The notes: generated by a model not told the origin, from the sequence alone. A stretch of 64,000 bases of DNA from Eledone cirrhosa (GCA_964016885.1 OZ024740.1:27342001-27406000), one strand, 5' to 3'; shown: positions 1 to 13,233, numbered from the stretch's first letter. Program-made: numbers and translations.

Positions 1-8
1 GCATTTAG

Positions 9-158
9 CCAGTATATTACTGGTACTTTATTTTATCGACCCCGTAAGGATGAAAGGCAAAGTTAACATCGGCGGGATTTAAACTCAGTCTGCAAAGGGA
101 CGTAACACTGTGCTATAAAGCATGGCGTCAGAACCTCTACCTATACTACCAATACACC
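9..158 (-). mobile_element. tRNA-derived SINE (octopus-type family)
   Basis: Reverse complement of the family at 1818-2002; degenerate B-box GAGTTTAAATCC and body TTTGCCTTTCATCCTTACGGGGTCGATAAAATAAAGTACCAGT. Confidence 0.85.
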
Positions 159-972
159 ACCCTAACATGGCGTCAGACCCTCTAACAATACTACCAATCC
201 ACCACCCTAACATGGTGTCAGACCCTCTACCTATACTACCAATCCACCACCCTAACATGGCGTCAGAACCTCTACCAATACTACCAATCCACCACCCTAG
301 CATGGCGTCAGACCCTCTAACAATACTTCCAATCCACCACCCTAACATGGCGTCAGAACCTCTACCAATACTACCAATCCACCACCCTAACATGGTGTCA
401 GACCCTCTACCAATACTACCAATCCACCACCCTACCATGATGTCAGACCCTCTACCTATACTACCAATCCACCACCCTAGCATGGCGTCAGACCCTCTAC
501 CAATACTGCGAATCCACCACCCTAGCATGGCGTCAGACCCTCTAACAATACTGCCAATCCACCACCCTAGCATGACGTCAGACCCTCTACCAATACTGCC
601 TATTCACCACCCTACCATGGTGTCAGACCCTCTACCTATACTACCAATCTACCACCCTAGCATGGCGTCAGACCCTCTACCTATACTACCAATCCACCAC
701 CCTAGCATGGCGTCAAAACCTCTACCAATACTGCCAATCCACCACCCTAGCATGACGTCAGACCCTCTACCAATACTGCCAATCCACCACCCTAGCATGG
801 CGTCAGACCCTCTAACAATACTACCAATCTACCACCCTAACATGACGTCAGACCCTCTACCAATACTGCCTATCCACCACCCTTGCATGACGTCAGACCC
901 TCTACCAATACTGCCAATACACCACCCTACCATGGTGTCAGACCCTCTACCAATACTGCCAATCCACCACCC
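121..972. repeat. 45-bp minisatellite (~19 units) derived from the SINE 5' head
   Basis: Unit CATGGCGTCAGACCCTCTACCAATACTGCCAATCCACCACCCTAG is the reverse complement of the SINE head; it explains ORFs 85..573 and 122..1123. Confidence 0.95.
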
Positions 973-1009
973 ATTAGAAAAAAATAATAATGGTTTCGGG
1001 AGAGAGGAA

Positions 1010-1149
1010 AGTCGGTTAAATAGACTCCAGTACGTGACATGTACTTTATTTTATCGAACCCGTAAGAATGAAAAGCAAATCGAACCTCAGCAGGGTTTGT
1101 ATTCAGAACCTAAAGTGCCATAACCCTATGCTGCAAATCATGTTGTCTG
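1010..1149 (-). mobile_element. Degenerate SINE copy
   Basis: GTACTTTATTTTATCGAACCCGTAAGAATGAAAAGCAAA matches the SINE body in reverse. Confidence 0.7.
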
Positions 1150-1474
1150 TAATCAATTCAATATATAAACAACGATCTCACCAGTAATTATATGGTTGGT
1201 AGCTATTTTGTTTATAAAGTTTGCGATGACGTACAGAACGTTTAATAGCGGCGGCATGCATCATAAGCTTTGAACAAATATATATGCATTAATAATTCCT
1301 TCATTTGTACATCAATAATAGCTTACATTAACGTATATACATATATATGTGATAACAAGTTATCGTTATACGTAATCCAGTTAGAGGTTGTGAGTACTCT
1401 GCGTCGAGGATAGTTTTAACGTACGGCTTTGTTTCACTTAACAATATGCTTCCATAGTTATGCAGCGAGTTCGC

Positions 1475-1585
1475 GTACTCTGATGTGTTGACCAGAGGTA
1501 AATAATGTATTGGAGATCGAGTGACGCAACTTCAAGCGATTAGTGAACTCTAGACTCACTTGATCAACGAAACAATTGTCAGTAC
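1475..1585 (+). ncRNA. Type I hammerhead ribozyme with long stem II, A9 altered
   Basis: GTACT-CTGATGT-[GTTGACCA...TGATCAAC]-GAAA-CAATTG-TC-AGTAC; perfect stem I, GUC site, AATAAA downstream. Confidence 0.7.
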
Positions 1586-1635
1586 TTTAAATAAAGCCCC
1601 TTATTGTATAGCCAGTCATGTTACTCTTCATTCTT

Positions 1636-1782
<147 letters not shown>

Positions 1783-1817
1783 TAATAATATCATTCATAC
1801 TTATATATGAGTTATAT

Positions 1818-2002
1818 GGTAGATTGGCAGTATCGGTAGAGGGTCGGACGCCATGCTTTCCAGCATAGTTACGTCCCTTTACGATCTGAGTTCAAATCCC
1901 GCCGAGGTTGACTTTGCCTTTCATCCTTACGGGGTCGATAAAATAAAGTACCAGTAATGCACTGGGTAATTGCTGGCCTTGTGCCTAAAGTAGAAACAGT
2001 TA
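1818..2002 (+). mobile_element. tRNA-derived SINE, full length
   Basis: A-box TGGCAGTATCGGT, B-box GAGTTCAAATCC; near-identical to 55129-55313. Confidence 0.9.
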
Positions 2003-2145
2003 TATATAATTATAAATATAGAAGTGTAGTATTAAGCACTACACAATTACTAGTTAGATAAAAAGCTCAATGTAAATTATCAGATGTATTACAGAGCAGA
2101 GATACAAAATATAAAATAATGAAATCTTTGCTCAATATATTTAAT

Positions 2146-2192
2146 TGCTGACGATTGTTTCTTCCAGGCAACTGACTGTATTCATCGGAGCA
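2146..2192 (-). ncRNA. Hammerhead-like motif with CCGAUGA core
   Basis: Minus strand TGCT-CCGATGA-...-GAAA-CAATCG-TC-AGCA. Confidence 0.6.
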
Positions 2193-2350
2193 TAAACAAT
2201 GTTTAAACAAGTAATTATAATCCTAGTCCTCAGAACATTCATTAAGATACATTACTATTGACAGTGTCAGTGACATCATATTGAAAAGCAAGAGTGACAA
2301 AATGATATTATATTATACAGATATCAAAGTATATATATATATATATATAT

Positions 2351-2833
2351 TGTTATACTTTGGGAGGGTCATGTTGCCAAAAGAAACACACGCACCAGAG
2401 ATTTTACTCCAATTTATTATGCATTAAAAAACTTTTTCAAAACATTTTTTTTTTTTAATTATAAATTTCCTGTTGGTTGGTTGGTTCCACAACCGGACGT
2501 TTGTTCATATATTGTGATAGTTCTTTCGTAACAGATTCTGTGACCTCTTCAGTGACTGGGGATTCTTTTCTTTGTTTTGCGCCTCTCCTTTGTTCTGTCA
2601 TACGCCATCTTGTTTTTGTGTGTGTTGTGTGCTTAATTTGCGCATGTGTTACATCGGGGTGTATGTGTGTGTTTTTATTTGTTTATTTATTTGTTTATTT
2701 ACATGTTACTGGTTGGTTGTTTGTTCTATGTGTGTGTGTTTTCATTTTGTCCTTAATTGTAAGTTGTGATGTTGCTATTCCATTCATGTTTTCTATTTAA
2801 TTTTGGTTGGAGTTCATTTATGTTTATTGCCTC
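2351..2833 (-). mobile_element. PLE 3' end fragment (same family as 42125-43500)
   Basis: Reverse-complement match to 43123-43463, including the GIY-YIG C-terminus and terminal CATGACCCTCCCAAAGTATAACA. Confidence 0.85.
2514..2556 (-). ncRNA. Minimal hammerhead ribozyme in a PLE 3' end
   Basis: Minus strand GTCA-CTGAAGA-G-GTCACAG-AAT-CTGTTAC-GAAA-GAAC-TA-TCAC; one mismatch each in stems I and II. Confidence 0.65.
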
Positions 2834-3017
2834 TGGTCGTTTTAACTGCTGCTATTTCTAGTGGCAGTACATTGATCTTTCCGCCCCTGCCTTCTATCTT
2901 TACACACAGCACTAGACAACATTGTTTCTTCATCATACACTCTCATCTTGGAACAGTTCTGTATGGCGCCAGTTCGTGATTTGAACTCGGGAATTTCATA
3001 TTCTCCGAGTGAGAAGA

Positions 3018-3101
3018 ACCCTCTGACGAAAGTCTTCTTCTCAATGGTTTTCCGCATGGATTATCCATTTATTTTGAGACTGGAAACCGCGCGGTAAGGG
3101 T
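3018..3101 (+). ncRNA. Type I hammerhead ribozyme, intact core, extended stem II
   Basis: ACCCT-CTGACGA-[GTCT..AATGG..TCCGCATGGA..CCATT..AGAC]-GAAA-CCGCGCGG-TA-AGGGT; perfect stem I, palindromic stem III, GUA site. Confidence 0.85.
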
Positions 3102-3575
3102 AATTATAGCTGGTACAGTGAACTTTTTAAAATTTATTTTAAAACTTTTTCTTATTTGCTAAACATTGATTATATATATATGGCCACCTGTGGCTTGTAT
3201 GTTAACTTGACCACTCACCCCAGTCTGTGCCATGATTCGGTTTTGTTAAATGTTTAATTTCTATTACCAACCCACCTAAATTTCCCTACTATATATCTGG
3301 TGAATTACTATTCTTGGGGTTTTTATTTATTTATTTTTATTCATTGATTTTTTATTTATTTTATTTATTTATTCTTTTATCTATTTATTTATTTATTTAT
3401 TTACTTATTTATTTATTTCAAAAAAGCACTCTGGCTAATTGACCACTCCCAAAAGAAAAAACACCCTGTGCCATGAAGTGGTCCTGTGTACCTAAATACC
3501 ATCCCCCCACCCCGTCCACCACCCCTCCCTTACCACTACCTAAATGTATAAATACCAGAACTTAATATGACACCC

Positions 3576-3626
3576 AGCTTCCTGAAGATTTCATCTGAAT
3601 GAAACAGTACTTGTCCTGTAGAAGCT
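3576..3626 (+). ncRNA. Hammerhead motif with disrupted stem I
   Basis: AGCTTC-CTGAAGA-T-TTCA-TC-TGAA-T-GAAA-CAGTACTTG-TC-CTGTA-GAAGCT; a 5-nt bulge lies next to the GUC site. Confidence 0.55.
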
Positions 3627-3713
3627 CCTTCTATAAAATAAAAAAATTTTACTCTGCCATGTATTGAGTACCTTACTTACTGTGGTTATCCCCGACTCAA
3701 CCTGGGAACTACG

Positions 3714-3832
<119 letters not shown>

Positions 3833-4054
3833 GCATAGATATACATATAAAGGATTTCCACCAGTTACAATTTTAGTGCAATGAATGAAATCGATATATC
3901 AAATGAAAAACTATATATTCAAAGTGAGGAAAGCAGGTGAGATAAAACTTACCTTTATACTTCAAACATTCTGACCACGTGACAAGGCCAACTATTTGAG
4001 GGGAGGTGGGGGGATTGATTAAATCGAAACCTGTGTGTTACTGGTACTTTATAT

Positions 4055-4168
<114 letters not shown>

Positions 4169-4209
4169 TCTGCCTGTTTGTTTGTTTGTTTGTTTGTTTG
4201 TTTGTGTTC

Positions 4210-7200
4210 GTCTACAGTGTGGTGATAATGCCACACAAGAGCCAAGTGGAGCGGCGCAACCACCGGAGACGGTGAATCCACAGATGGCTATGTAACCATA
4301 CATTCGCCAATCCTCGATAAGAGTGTTTAAATATCGAACCTAAACAGTTCGAATAACGGTGAAATGGAGACTAGAACGTCATGTGACAGACTCTCACCCA
4401 ACAGGTGCTCCCTGGATCAGCAGCAGGAACCTGGCTGTCAACCAAATACTGCTGGTGTCGGAGGAAGAAGAAGAAGGAAAGGGACCAGAACCAACTGGAC
4501 GAAAGAATTGAATAGAACTGTTTCTGCAAAGTTACCTGAAAAGTAACCCCAAGGAGAGGGGCTATAGGAGACGGATGCATAACATCTGGAACGAGATTGG
4601 TCTATTTAAATTAGATGAACAAAAATTGGCCGGGCAGGCTCGGGTAATAAGAACTAATGGGTGGATAAGCGAGCTGGACTGGAGGAACTGAGCAGAGAGA
4701 TTAGCTTGGAGATGGAGGGTGGAGTATGCCAGGCAAACGAGCCAGTGGGAAATGAAGGTGAAGAGGTCGAGAGAACGGAGGAACCACCCGAAGCAGACAA
4801 TGATCTGAATACTGAGATAAATAATAGCTGGAACAGAGATACGGCCACTGAGGAGATGAATGCTGACGGGCTAGGACAAGATTCGGTTGACATCCTAAAT
4901 TTAGTGGTAGATGAATTGAACAATGATAGTGGGAGACCTATGAACCTAAGATTTGTAGACAGGAAAAAGTTAAAAGAAACAACAGCTAAGGTAAACAAAG
5001 TCATCCCATACCTTGAGGCGAGGAGCCTTCACCAGTGCAACAATATCCTCAAAGCAACAGCAAATACGGTGAGGAAACTACTTGGTATAAAAGCGAGATG
5101 AAACAACAGACAAGAAAGAGCAGAGCCTTCGTGGAAGAAACGACTGAGTGATCAAATCAGGGAAATGAGAAATGACATTGGAAAGCTTGAGTCACTACTG
5201 AATGGGACACTAAAAAACATAGGCACTGAAAATAGACTGGAAATAAAGTACAAAACTAGGAGGAAAAAGCTAAATATTATCATAGAGGAACTGAAGCAAC
5301 GCATTGTAGCAAAGAGTGCAAAAATCAGGCGATACGAGAACAGAGTCAGCAGTATAAACAGAACCGCATGTTCGACAACAACCAGAAGATGCTGTTTGGA
5401 CAGCTTGAGGGGAAAGAAAGAGGCAACAACTTGATCCCTGAGGCGGAACAAACTAAAACATTCTGGTGAGGAATATGGGAGCAGGATGTTAGACATAATG
5501 ACAAAGCAGGGTGGATTGAGACAGTACAGAGGGAGATCGGTGAGCAGGCACACCAAAAAACTGATTTGAGTATCACAGTTGAAACTCTTAGGGGGCAGGC
5601 CGAAAAACTAACCAACTGGAAATCACCAGGCCCAGATGGTGTGCAGGGGTATTGGATTAAAAATATAACATCCCTCCACCCGAAACTGACAACCATGTTC
5701 AATGACTGCTTGATGTCAGGTGAGGTACCAGAGTGGTTGACAAAAGGTACCACGGTTCTGATAATGAAAGACCGAATAAAGGGTAATGATGTTACCAACT
5801 ATAGACCTATCACATGTCTGTCCGTAATGTGGAAACTGTTGACGAGCATTGTGTCTGAGGAAATCTACCATCACCTCCACACAAACAACTTGTTACCGGA
5901 CGAACAGAAAGGATGCCGAAAGAAGTCACGTGGTACAAAGGACCAGTTACTTATTGATAAGATGGTAATGGGGAATTGCAGGAGGAGACACACTGATCTT
6001 GCCATGGGATGGATAGACTACAGAAAGGCATTTGGCATGGTGCCTCATTCTTGGATCACCAAAAGCCTGGAGATCTTCAAGGTGGCAGATAACATCAGAC
6101 AGTTGTTGGGCAAGAGTATGAGGTCCTGGGAAACAGAGTTGACATCAACTGGAGAATCCTTGGGAAGCGTGAACATCAAGAGAGGTATCTTCCAGGGAGA
6201 TAGCCTGTCCCCTCTGTTGTTTGTCCTTGCTCTGATGCCCCTGACCAGTGTACTGCGAAAAGTGAGAGCAGGATACGGGTTGGGAAAGGGAGGGCTTACC
6301 ATCAATCCCCTCCTCTTCATGGACGATCTTAAGCTCTTCGGGAATAGTGAGAAGGAGTTGGATGTGCTTGTTGACACTGTCCGTATTTTCAGCAGTGATA
6401 TATGTATGCAGTTTGGTATTAGTAAGTGTGGAGTCATTGTGATGAGGAGGGGTAGGTTGAGCAGAAGTAACGGAATCCAGATACCAACAGGTGAGATGAT
6501 AAAGGAAATTGACTCTGAGGAAGGATAGAAGTATTTGGGCGTTCTGGAGGCTGATGGCATAAAGAACAAAAAAATGAAGGAATTGTTAAGAACTGAATAC
6601 ATTCGGAGAGTAAGGAGCGTATTGAAGTCACATCTGAACATAGAAATGCCATAAGTGCAGTAAATTCCCGAGCTGTGTCTATTATTAGGTACAGTGCGGG
6701 AATTCTGAGATGGAATGTTGCTGAACAAAAAGAAATGGATAGGAAGACTAGGAAGCTATTGACTATCTACAACATGTTCCACAAGAGGAGTGATGTCGAT
6801 AGACTCTACTTAAGGAGATCTGAAGGTGGAAGAGGTCTTATCAGCATAGAGGACTGTGTTCAGATGGAGAAAAACAACCTACACAAATACGTGACTGATA
6901 GTAGGGAGCCAATGCTCAGAACTGTACTGAAGGAGGGAATGTCCAAGGAGGAAATAACATCAAGGAGAAAGAGCAGCCTTCAGGAAAAATCCCTTCATAG
7001 TACCTTCTTTGAGAAAACTGAATTTAGAGATCCACAGACATGGAACTGGTTGAGAAGAGGAGACCTTAAAAAGGCTACAGAAGGAATGTTAATGGCTGCG
7101 CAGGAGCAGGCCCTCAAAACGAAGTGGTTGAAACACCATATTTACAAGGAGGAGGCTAGCCCACTGTGCAGGATCTGTGGAGAGAGAGAGAAGAGACTGT

Positions 7201-7369
7201 GCCTCACATTGTATCCGAGTGTAAACACCTAGCCCAGACCCACTATAAGGGCTGGAGACATGATGTGATGGGCAGGGTGATCCACTGGCACCTGTGCAAA
7301 GTAAACAATTTACCACATTCTGAGAAATGGAATGAGCATAAGCCAGAGGCGGTGATGGAGATCGATCAG
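4210..7369 (+). mobile_element. Dong/R4-clade non-LTR retrotransposon, frameshifted and 3'-truncated
   Basis: RT motifs in 5566..6528 (KSPGPDG, YRPITCL, QKGCR...DQLLIDK, WIDYRKAF, GIFQGDSLSPLLF, FMDDLKL); CCHC knuckle CRICGE...H...C...RHD at ~7160-7265; no RLE nuclease visible. Confidence 0.9.
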
Positions 7370-10300
7370 GTGAAGGTGTCCGTCGAGGTAGACACTAAAG
7401 TCCATCCCTCGACCCGGCCCACCACTGACCCCGAACAGCTGAGCGAAGTGTCGCTGAAAAGCTTCTCATATTTTCCCGGGATCGAGTAGCATGCGCCCGT
7501 CGTGGTCCACCAAAGACCGGATCGTGGCTTTGTTGCCACGACGCGCCTCCGCCACTCGGGCCCATTGAACGGATTTCGTCCCCTCGTGTCTGAGAGCACG
7601 CACCCTAGCTCTGACAACGTAGCCTTGCATTGAAGAATTGGTCAAGGGCCAATTTCGCCGCAAGTACGTCGGTCGCGATGCCTTTGCTAAGCGCCTCGTC
7701 TAATTTTCTAACTAATTCTCCCTCTGCTCTATTTTTCTCTATTGCTAAAGCCTTACTAAACCTAATGGACTCTATTCTAATTGCTCTTTTCCGAGCAAAC
7801 CACCACTTATTGTTGACGATGGCCCCCGTCAACGCCCGCTTAACTAGTTCGCTAATCCGGTCTCTGTAGGCCTTGCGCGCTGGTAAGGACGTGTTTAGCT
7901 TCCAGTAGCCGGGTCCTCGTCTATGAAGCCTATCTAAGTCAAGCACACAAATCACGAATTTGTGGTCCGTGTAGGAGACTATCTTGAATTGTGGACAGCC
8001 TATGCTAGACCTTCCTATTTCCCTACAAAATACTCTATCTAGATATGATCTGGATGACCCTATGCGACTTGTCCAAGTCCACATTGGCACATTCGGGAAA
8101 TCCAATCGGTACCTGTCAGACAGTTCAAAACGCCTGAGCAGGTTGTTGAGGCTCTTGCACCCTCCTCCCCTATCCGCTAATCCCACATAGTCCCAGTGTG
8201 CATGTAAGATCCCATTCCAGTTGCCCACTAACACTAAAGAGCGGGACGTTCCAAGAAAGGTCTCCAGACGCCGGAAGAAATCAGGCCGCCCTGCTCCTGT
8301 CGGGGCATAGACGGACACTAGCCTGAAAGCTTGCCCTTCTCCGCTGGTCACGTCCAGAACCACCAACTTACCTTCTGGGTCCAGGAAGATGGCTCGAATG
8401 GCGAGATTCAAACCTCTCCGAAAAAGCACAGCAACTCCGCCGCCCGATTCAGGACGGCTGGGAGATGCATACACATCGTAGCCGCCGAAGATCGGTGCGA
8501 AGGCCCGTGCTTCGGAGATTCTGGTCTCACTGATGGCCAATACATCTATGTTTCGTGATCTGAGGTCGTTGAGCAGGTGGCTCTGCTTCCATGACGACCC
8601 CAAGCCACGCGCATGTATGCTGCCTATTCTGAGTGAGGTCATGTTGAAATGGAGTGGAAAAGATGGGAAAGACCACTTACCTTACTTCTTCTCGCAGAGG
8701 AAGGATGGTTTCACCATCCCTTTTCACCTGATCGTCTGGTGAAGGGACCGTTGAATCGCCCCGTCGGCTGGTCGTCGGCTCTTCTGTGAGTATATCTGAA
8801 TATACCCTCCAGTTGAGTGTCCCTCATAGGTCTCTGAAATCACCAACTGCGTTGGGGAATTTCGTTTTAATGTTTGTGTATTGTTTCCGTGCTATTTTTA
8901 CCAGTCTTATGTTCGTTGGTGTTTTGATTGGTGCTGGTATTATGTAGTCTTGCTGTAAAATGTCTGTGTTCAATTATGTAAGTCATTAATTTCTTGTTAT
9001 GTGTATTTATTGCTATGCATTTGTTTTTCTGGGGGTGGGGTGTGGTTCTGCTATTTTCTTGTCGTTGTTGCTGAGTGTGTGTGTTTTGTTGTGCTTGCGA
9101 TGTTGGTGCTTGTGGTGGTGGTGTTGAAGGTGTTGTTGTTGTTGGCGGTGGGGTTGCCGCCGGTGGTCATGGTGGTGCTAGTGTGGGTGGTGATGGTGTT
9201 GGTGGTGTTGCTGCTGTAAATCTTTTTGCAGTAGCCTTTACCCTTTTTTCGTTTCTTTCCTCCCTTTTCGAAGGCGACGATGCGCTGCTTCTGCGTTTGT
9301 GCCTTCTTGCGACCTTTTGCCATCCCTCTCCCACCTCACACTCCATGTCCGATTCTGTGAGGTCGGGGAGGGGTACCAGCTCCACTCTTTCACTTGTTGT
9401 TGTTGGTGATGTTTGCAGTGGAGTCTCTGTTGCAGCTGCAGTTGGTATTGCTGTTGTTGTTGTTAATACTTACACTGCTGCTGCTGTTCTTGATTTCCGT
9501 GGCGTGAGTATGTGTGCCACGGACCTATCCTTCCTGGTTGCCGCCTGTCCTGTTGCTGGTAGCAGCGGAGCCGGTTTCGGAAGGAGGGAGGTTTTCTCCT
9601 TTCTCAGGGTCTTCTCATTGCAGAAGACCCTGAGGTGAGTCTTCGATCCACAGCGAAAGCATTTCAGGCGTTTGCCCTCAACACTTATGGGCAGTTGAGT
9701 GCCGTTATCGAAGTCTATCACATCCGGGATAGCTTCGATGCACGCCTGGTTGGTTTGGATTAACATCTCAATGGAGGTGCCGGCCCAATCTTCTCTTACT
9801 TTTTTCTGTACTGGCAGTACAGTTGTTTTGTCCGCGATTCCGACGAGGACAGACGCGGCCAGCCAACAAGGGGACATCCGGGGGGGGGGGGGGGGCGTGG
9901 ATCAGTTGGACCCTCACAATTTTTTGTCCGCAGTAGGAGGGCACCAACACCATTTCCTCGCTCCTTAGGGTCACTAAGGATTGAGCCTTTGCCTCCTGGG
10001 GTGTGGAAAAAAGCACATCCATGGTGGCATATTTCTTGCCTCGGGTGATATGCGTTTTCCGCTGCCACACAGACTCTAAGACTTTTTGTATTTGAGCCTC
10101 TGTGGCCCTTTCAACCCTACGGGATTTTGTGCTTACTGTACGGTACGTGACCGTACAGTGCTGTTGGGTTTCGAAAAATGTTTCGGCTGCCTTGCAGATT
10201 GCTCGGTGTCCAGTTTTCGTCACCATCTTCTTTGCTTCCTGTAATTCCTCATTTGTTATACGGATGGTTTCCAGGTTCTTTGCGATACCTGCAAACGAGA

Positions 10301-11035
10301 TTGGTTTTTCTTTGTTGTTGTTGTTGTTGTCGTCGTCGTCGTCAGAGCTGCTGTTACTTTTGTTGTTGCTGCTGGTACTACGACTGCCGCCGCCGCTGTT
10401 GCTGTGGTTGTTGTTGTTGTTGCTGCTGCTGCTGTTGTTGTTGCTGTTGCTGCTAATGCTGTTGTTGTTTATGCTGCTGCTGATGCTGTTGCGGCTGGTA
10501 CTGTTGTTTTCCTTGTGACTGTTGCTGCTGCTGCTGTTGTTATTACGGCTGCTACTGCTATTATTCATGACGTCACACAAATGAAATGGGTTTTCGTATT
10601 TACCGCACACATTTTTCGTCGTTGTCGTCGTCGTGGAGAAATGTTCCACATTTTGCACGTGATTTTGGAAACTATTTTTATTTACTGGCGTCGCTTGCGA
10701 AAGAGAAGGGAGGGAGAGAGACACATTTAGAGAAGGGAGGGAGGGAGACAATCTTCTCTCTGGTGTAGTGACGATTGAGAAAGAAGAAGACGGAATGAGG
10801 GGGAGTGACTTGTGAAAATTATTTTTTGTAGCCATGTTTTTTGGGGTTTAAAATAATTATTGGGCACAACACCCCAATAAGCGGTTATTTAACCCCGAAG
10901 GGCCAAATAACGTGCAGAAAGACCCCTCTCACGAGGAGGAGGGTGTTTTTGTCTACAATTTGGTTAAAGTTTTAAACAATTTAAAATTGTTATAGCGGTT
11001 AAAATTTACTATACCTTACAGAGCCGAGCCTCCGT
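7370..11035 (-). mobile_element. Tx1/L1-clade LINE with ORF1 and APE endonuclease; RT absent
   Basis: ORF1 pieces 9768..10835 and 9470..9877 (shifted near the poly-G at ~9880-9895) with knuckle CFRCGSKTHLRVFC; ORF2 starts at 8642. Confidence 0.88.
7605..8642 (-). pseudogene. LINE ORF2 apurinic-like endonuclease domain
   Basis: Motifs ARGL, ISET, VSVYAP, LVGNWN (canonical GDFN altered), YLDRV, TDHK, GPGYWKLN. Confidence 0.9.
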
Positions 11036-11304
11036 CAACCATGGCATTCAATAATAATAATAATTATAATTAGAAGAAGAAGAAGAAGAAGAAGAAGAAG
11101 AAGAAGAAGATTCATCAACAACAACAACAATTCGAAAATATCTAAAAGAAAACAAATGTGATGTGAATGTGATATGGAGCCGTGTAAGTTAATAACTTGT
11201 CTTCCATGCTGTGAAGAACAATGAAGTTTTTTGAAATTGGAAGCCATTTTAAATAAACTCGAAACATCTTTATTTTCCATTAAATCTTACAGCTCTAATG
11301 TATC

Positions 11305-11368
<64 letters not shown>

Positions 11369-12049
11369 CCGGCACACGTCTGTTGGAGATGTTCTTATGT
11401 ATTTACAAAATAGTTTCAAATTTAAATATAAAGAAGTCTTAATTGGGAGTAGAGGGAGGAGAAATTTGAGTGATGCGAGTAGAGGGGGAGAAGAGAGAGA
11501 AATTTGAGTGAGGGGAGTACAGTGGGAGGGAAGAGAAACATTTAAGGGGTGGTATTTTAAAATTCCATTCCACACACTGATATTTGGGGAAGGCCTTCTT
11601 TAAAACATAGTCTGTTATACAGATAGAATATAATGATGGTGGTGGTGATGGTGGTGACGGTGGTGGTGGTGATGGTGTTGGTGTTGTGTTCGTTGTTGTT
11701 ATCTCCGCCGTTATGTTGATCTTCGTTGCCGTGGTCACCGTCGTCCTGGTGACAATAATTATTATGACGACAGATACGTCAATACGACGATGGTAATGTT
11801 GACATTGATAGATGAGGAGCCGGCGTCGATGAGGATTAAAATGAAGTCCTTCTTAACGATGATGATGATGGTGTTGATGAGGAGGAGAAGGGGAAAGGAA
11901 GATAAGAGTGATGATGTTGCCGATGATAATGAAGATGATGTTAGTGGTGATAATCTTGATGATAAGAACGAAGAACAGGTTAAAGAGGTGATGGGGAATC
12001 ATCATCTGGTTGAAGAAGATGAGAGGAGGAACATCGTGTTGATAAAGTT

Positions 12050-12862
12050 GATGATGATGGTAGTTATGGTGATGGTAGTTATGGTGATGGTAGTTAAGGT
12101 GATGGTAGTTATGGTGATGGTAGTTAAGGTGATGGTAGTTATGGTGATGGTAGTTATGGTGATGGTAGTTTTGATGATGGTAATTAAGGTGATGGTAGTT
12201 ATGATGATGGTAATTATGGTGATGGTAGTTAAGGTGATGGTAGTTTTGATGATGGTAATGGTAGTTATGGTGATGGTAGTTATGGTGATGGTAGTTATGG
12301 TGATGGTAGTTAAGGTGATGGTAGTTATGGTGATGGTAGTTATGGTGATGGTAGTTATGGTGATGGTAGTTATAGTGATGGTAGTTAAGGTGATGGTAGT
12401 TATGGTGATGGTAGTTATGGTGATGGTAGTTATGGTGATGGTAGTTATGGTGATGGTAGTTAAGGTGATGGTAGTTATGGTGATGGTAGTTATGGTGATG
12501 GTAGTTATAGAGATGGTAGTTATGGTGATGGTAGTTATGGTGATGGTAGTTATGGTGATGGTAGTTATAGTGATGGTAGTTATGGTGATGGTAGTTATGG
12601 TGATGGTAGTTAAGGTGATGGTAGTTATGGTGATGGTAGTTATGGTGATGGTAGTTATGGTGATGGTAGTTATGGTGATGGTAGTCAAGGTGATGGTAGT
12701 TATGGTGATGGTAGTTATGGTGATGGTAGTTAAGGTGATGGTAGTTATGGTGATGGTAGTTATGGTGATGGTAGTTAAGGTGATGGTAGTTATGGTGATG
12801 GTAGTTATGGTGATGGTAGTTATGGTGATGGTAGTTAAGGTGATGGTAGTTATGGTGATGGT
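12050..12862. repeat. 15-bp minisatellite (ATGGTGATGGTAGTT)n
   Basis: About 54 tandem units; explains the VM/TI ORFs. Confidence 0.97.
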
Positions 12863-12969
12863 GATAACAGTGGCAAGAGAGGGGAGAGGTAAATGGAGTA
12901 ACAATGTTGGTAGAAAGATGGCTTGAGAGCGAGATTTTATATTTAGTGTCTTTCGGAAATAGTCTTTAT

Positions 12970-13156
12970 AATTGTTTCTACTTTTGGCACCAGGCCAACA
13001 ATTACCCAGTGTATTACTGGTACTTTATTTTATCGACCCGGTAAGGATGAAAGGCAAAGTTAACCTCTGCAGGATTTGAACTCAGATCATATAGGGGCGT
13101 AACTCTATGCTACAAAGCATGGCGTCCGATGCTCTACCGATACTGCCAATCTACCA
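12970..13156 (-). mobile_element. SINE
   Basis: Reverse complement of the 1818-2002 family. Confidence 0.88.
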
Positions 13157-13233
13157 GTCTTCACAATTCTAATGTGTTAGGACTATCTGTATTTGTTGAC
13201 CATTATTAAGTGTAAGATAATAATGGTCAACAA

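Noticed and set aside
121-972. CRISPR-like regular array
   Set aside because: No unique spacers, eukaryotic context and no cas genes
122-1123. 333-aa Pro/His-rich ORF
   Set aside because: Translation of a 45-bp SINE-derived minisatellite; it is open on both strands because the unit length is a multiple of three
1818-1905. tRNA gene
   Set aside because: A and B boxes are present, but the sequence continues into a repeated SINE body and no proper cloverleaf is evident
11790-12926. 378-aa Val/Met-rich ORF
   Set aside because: Artefact of a 15-bp minisatellite
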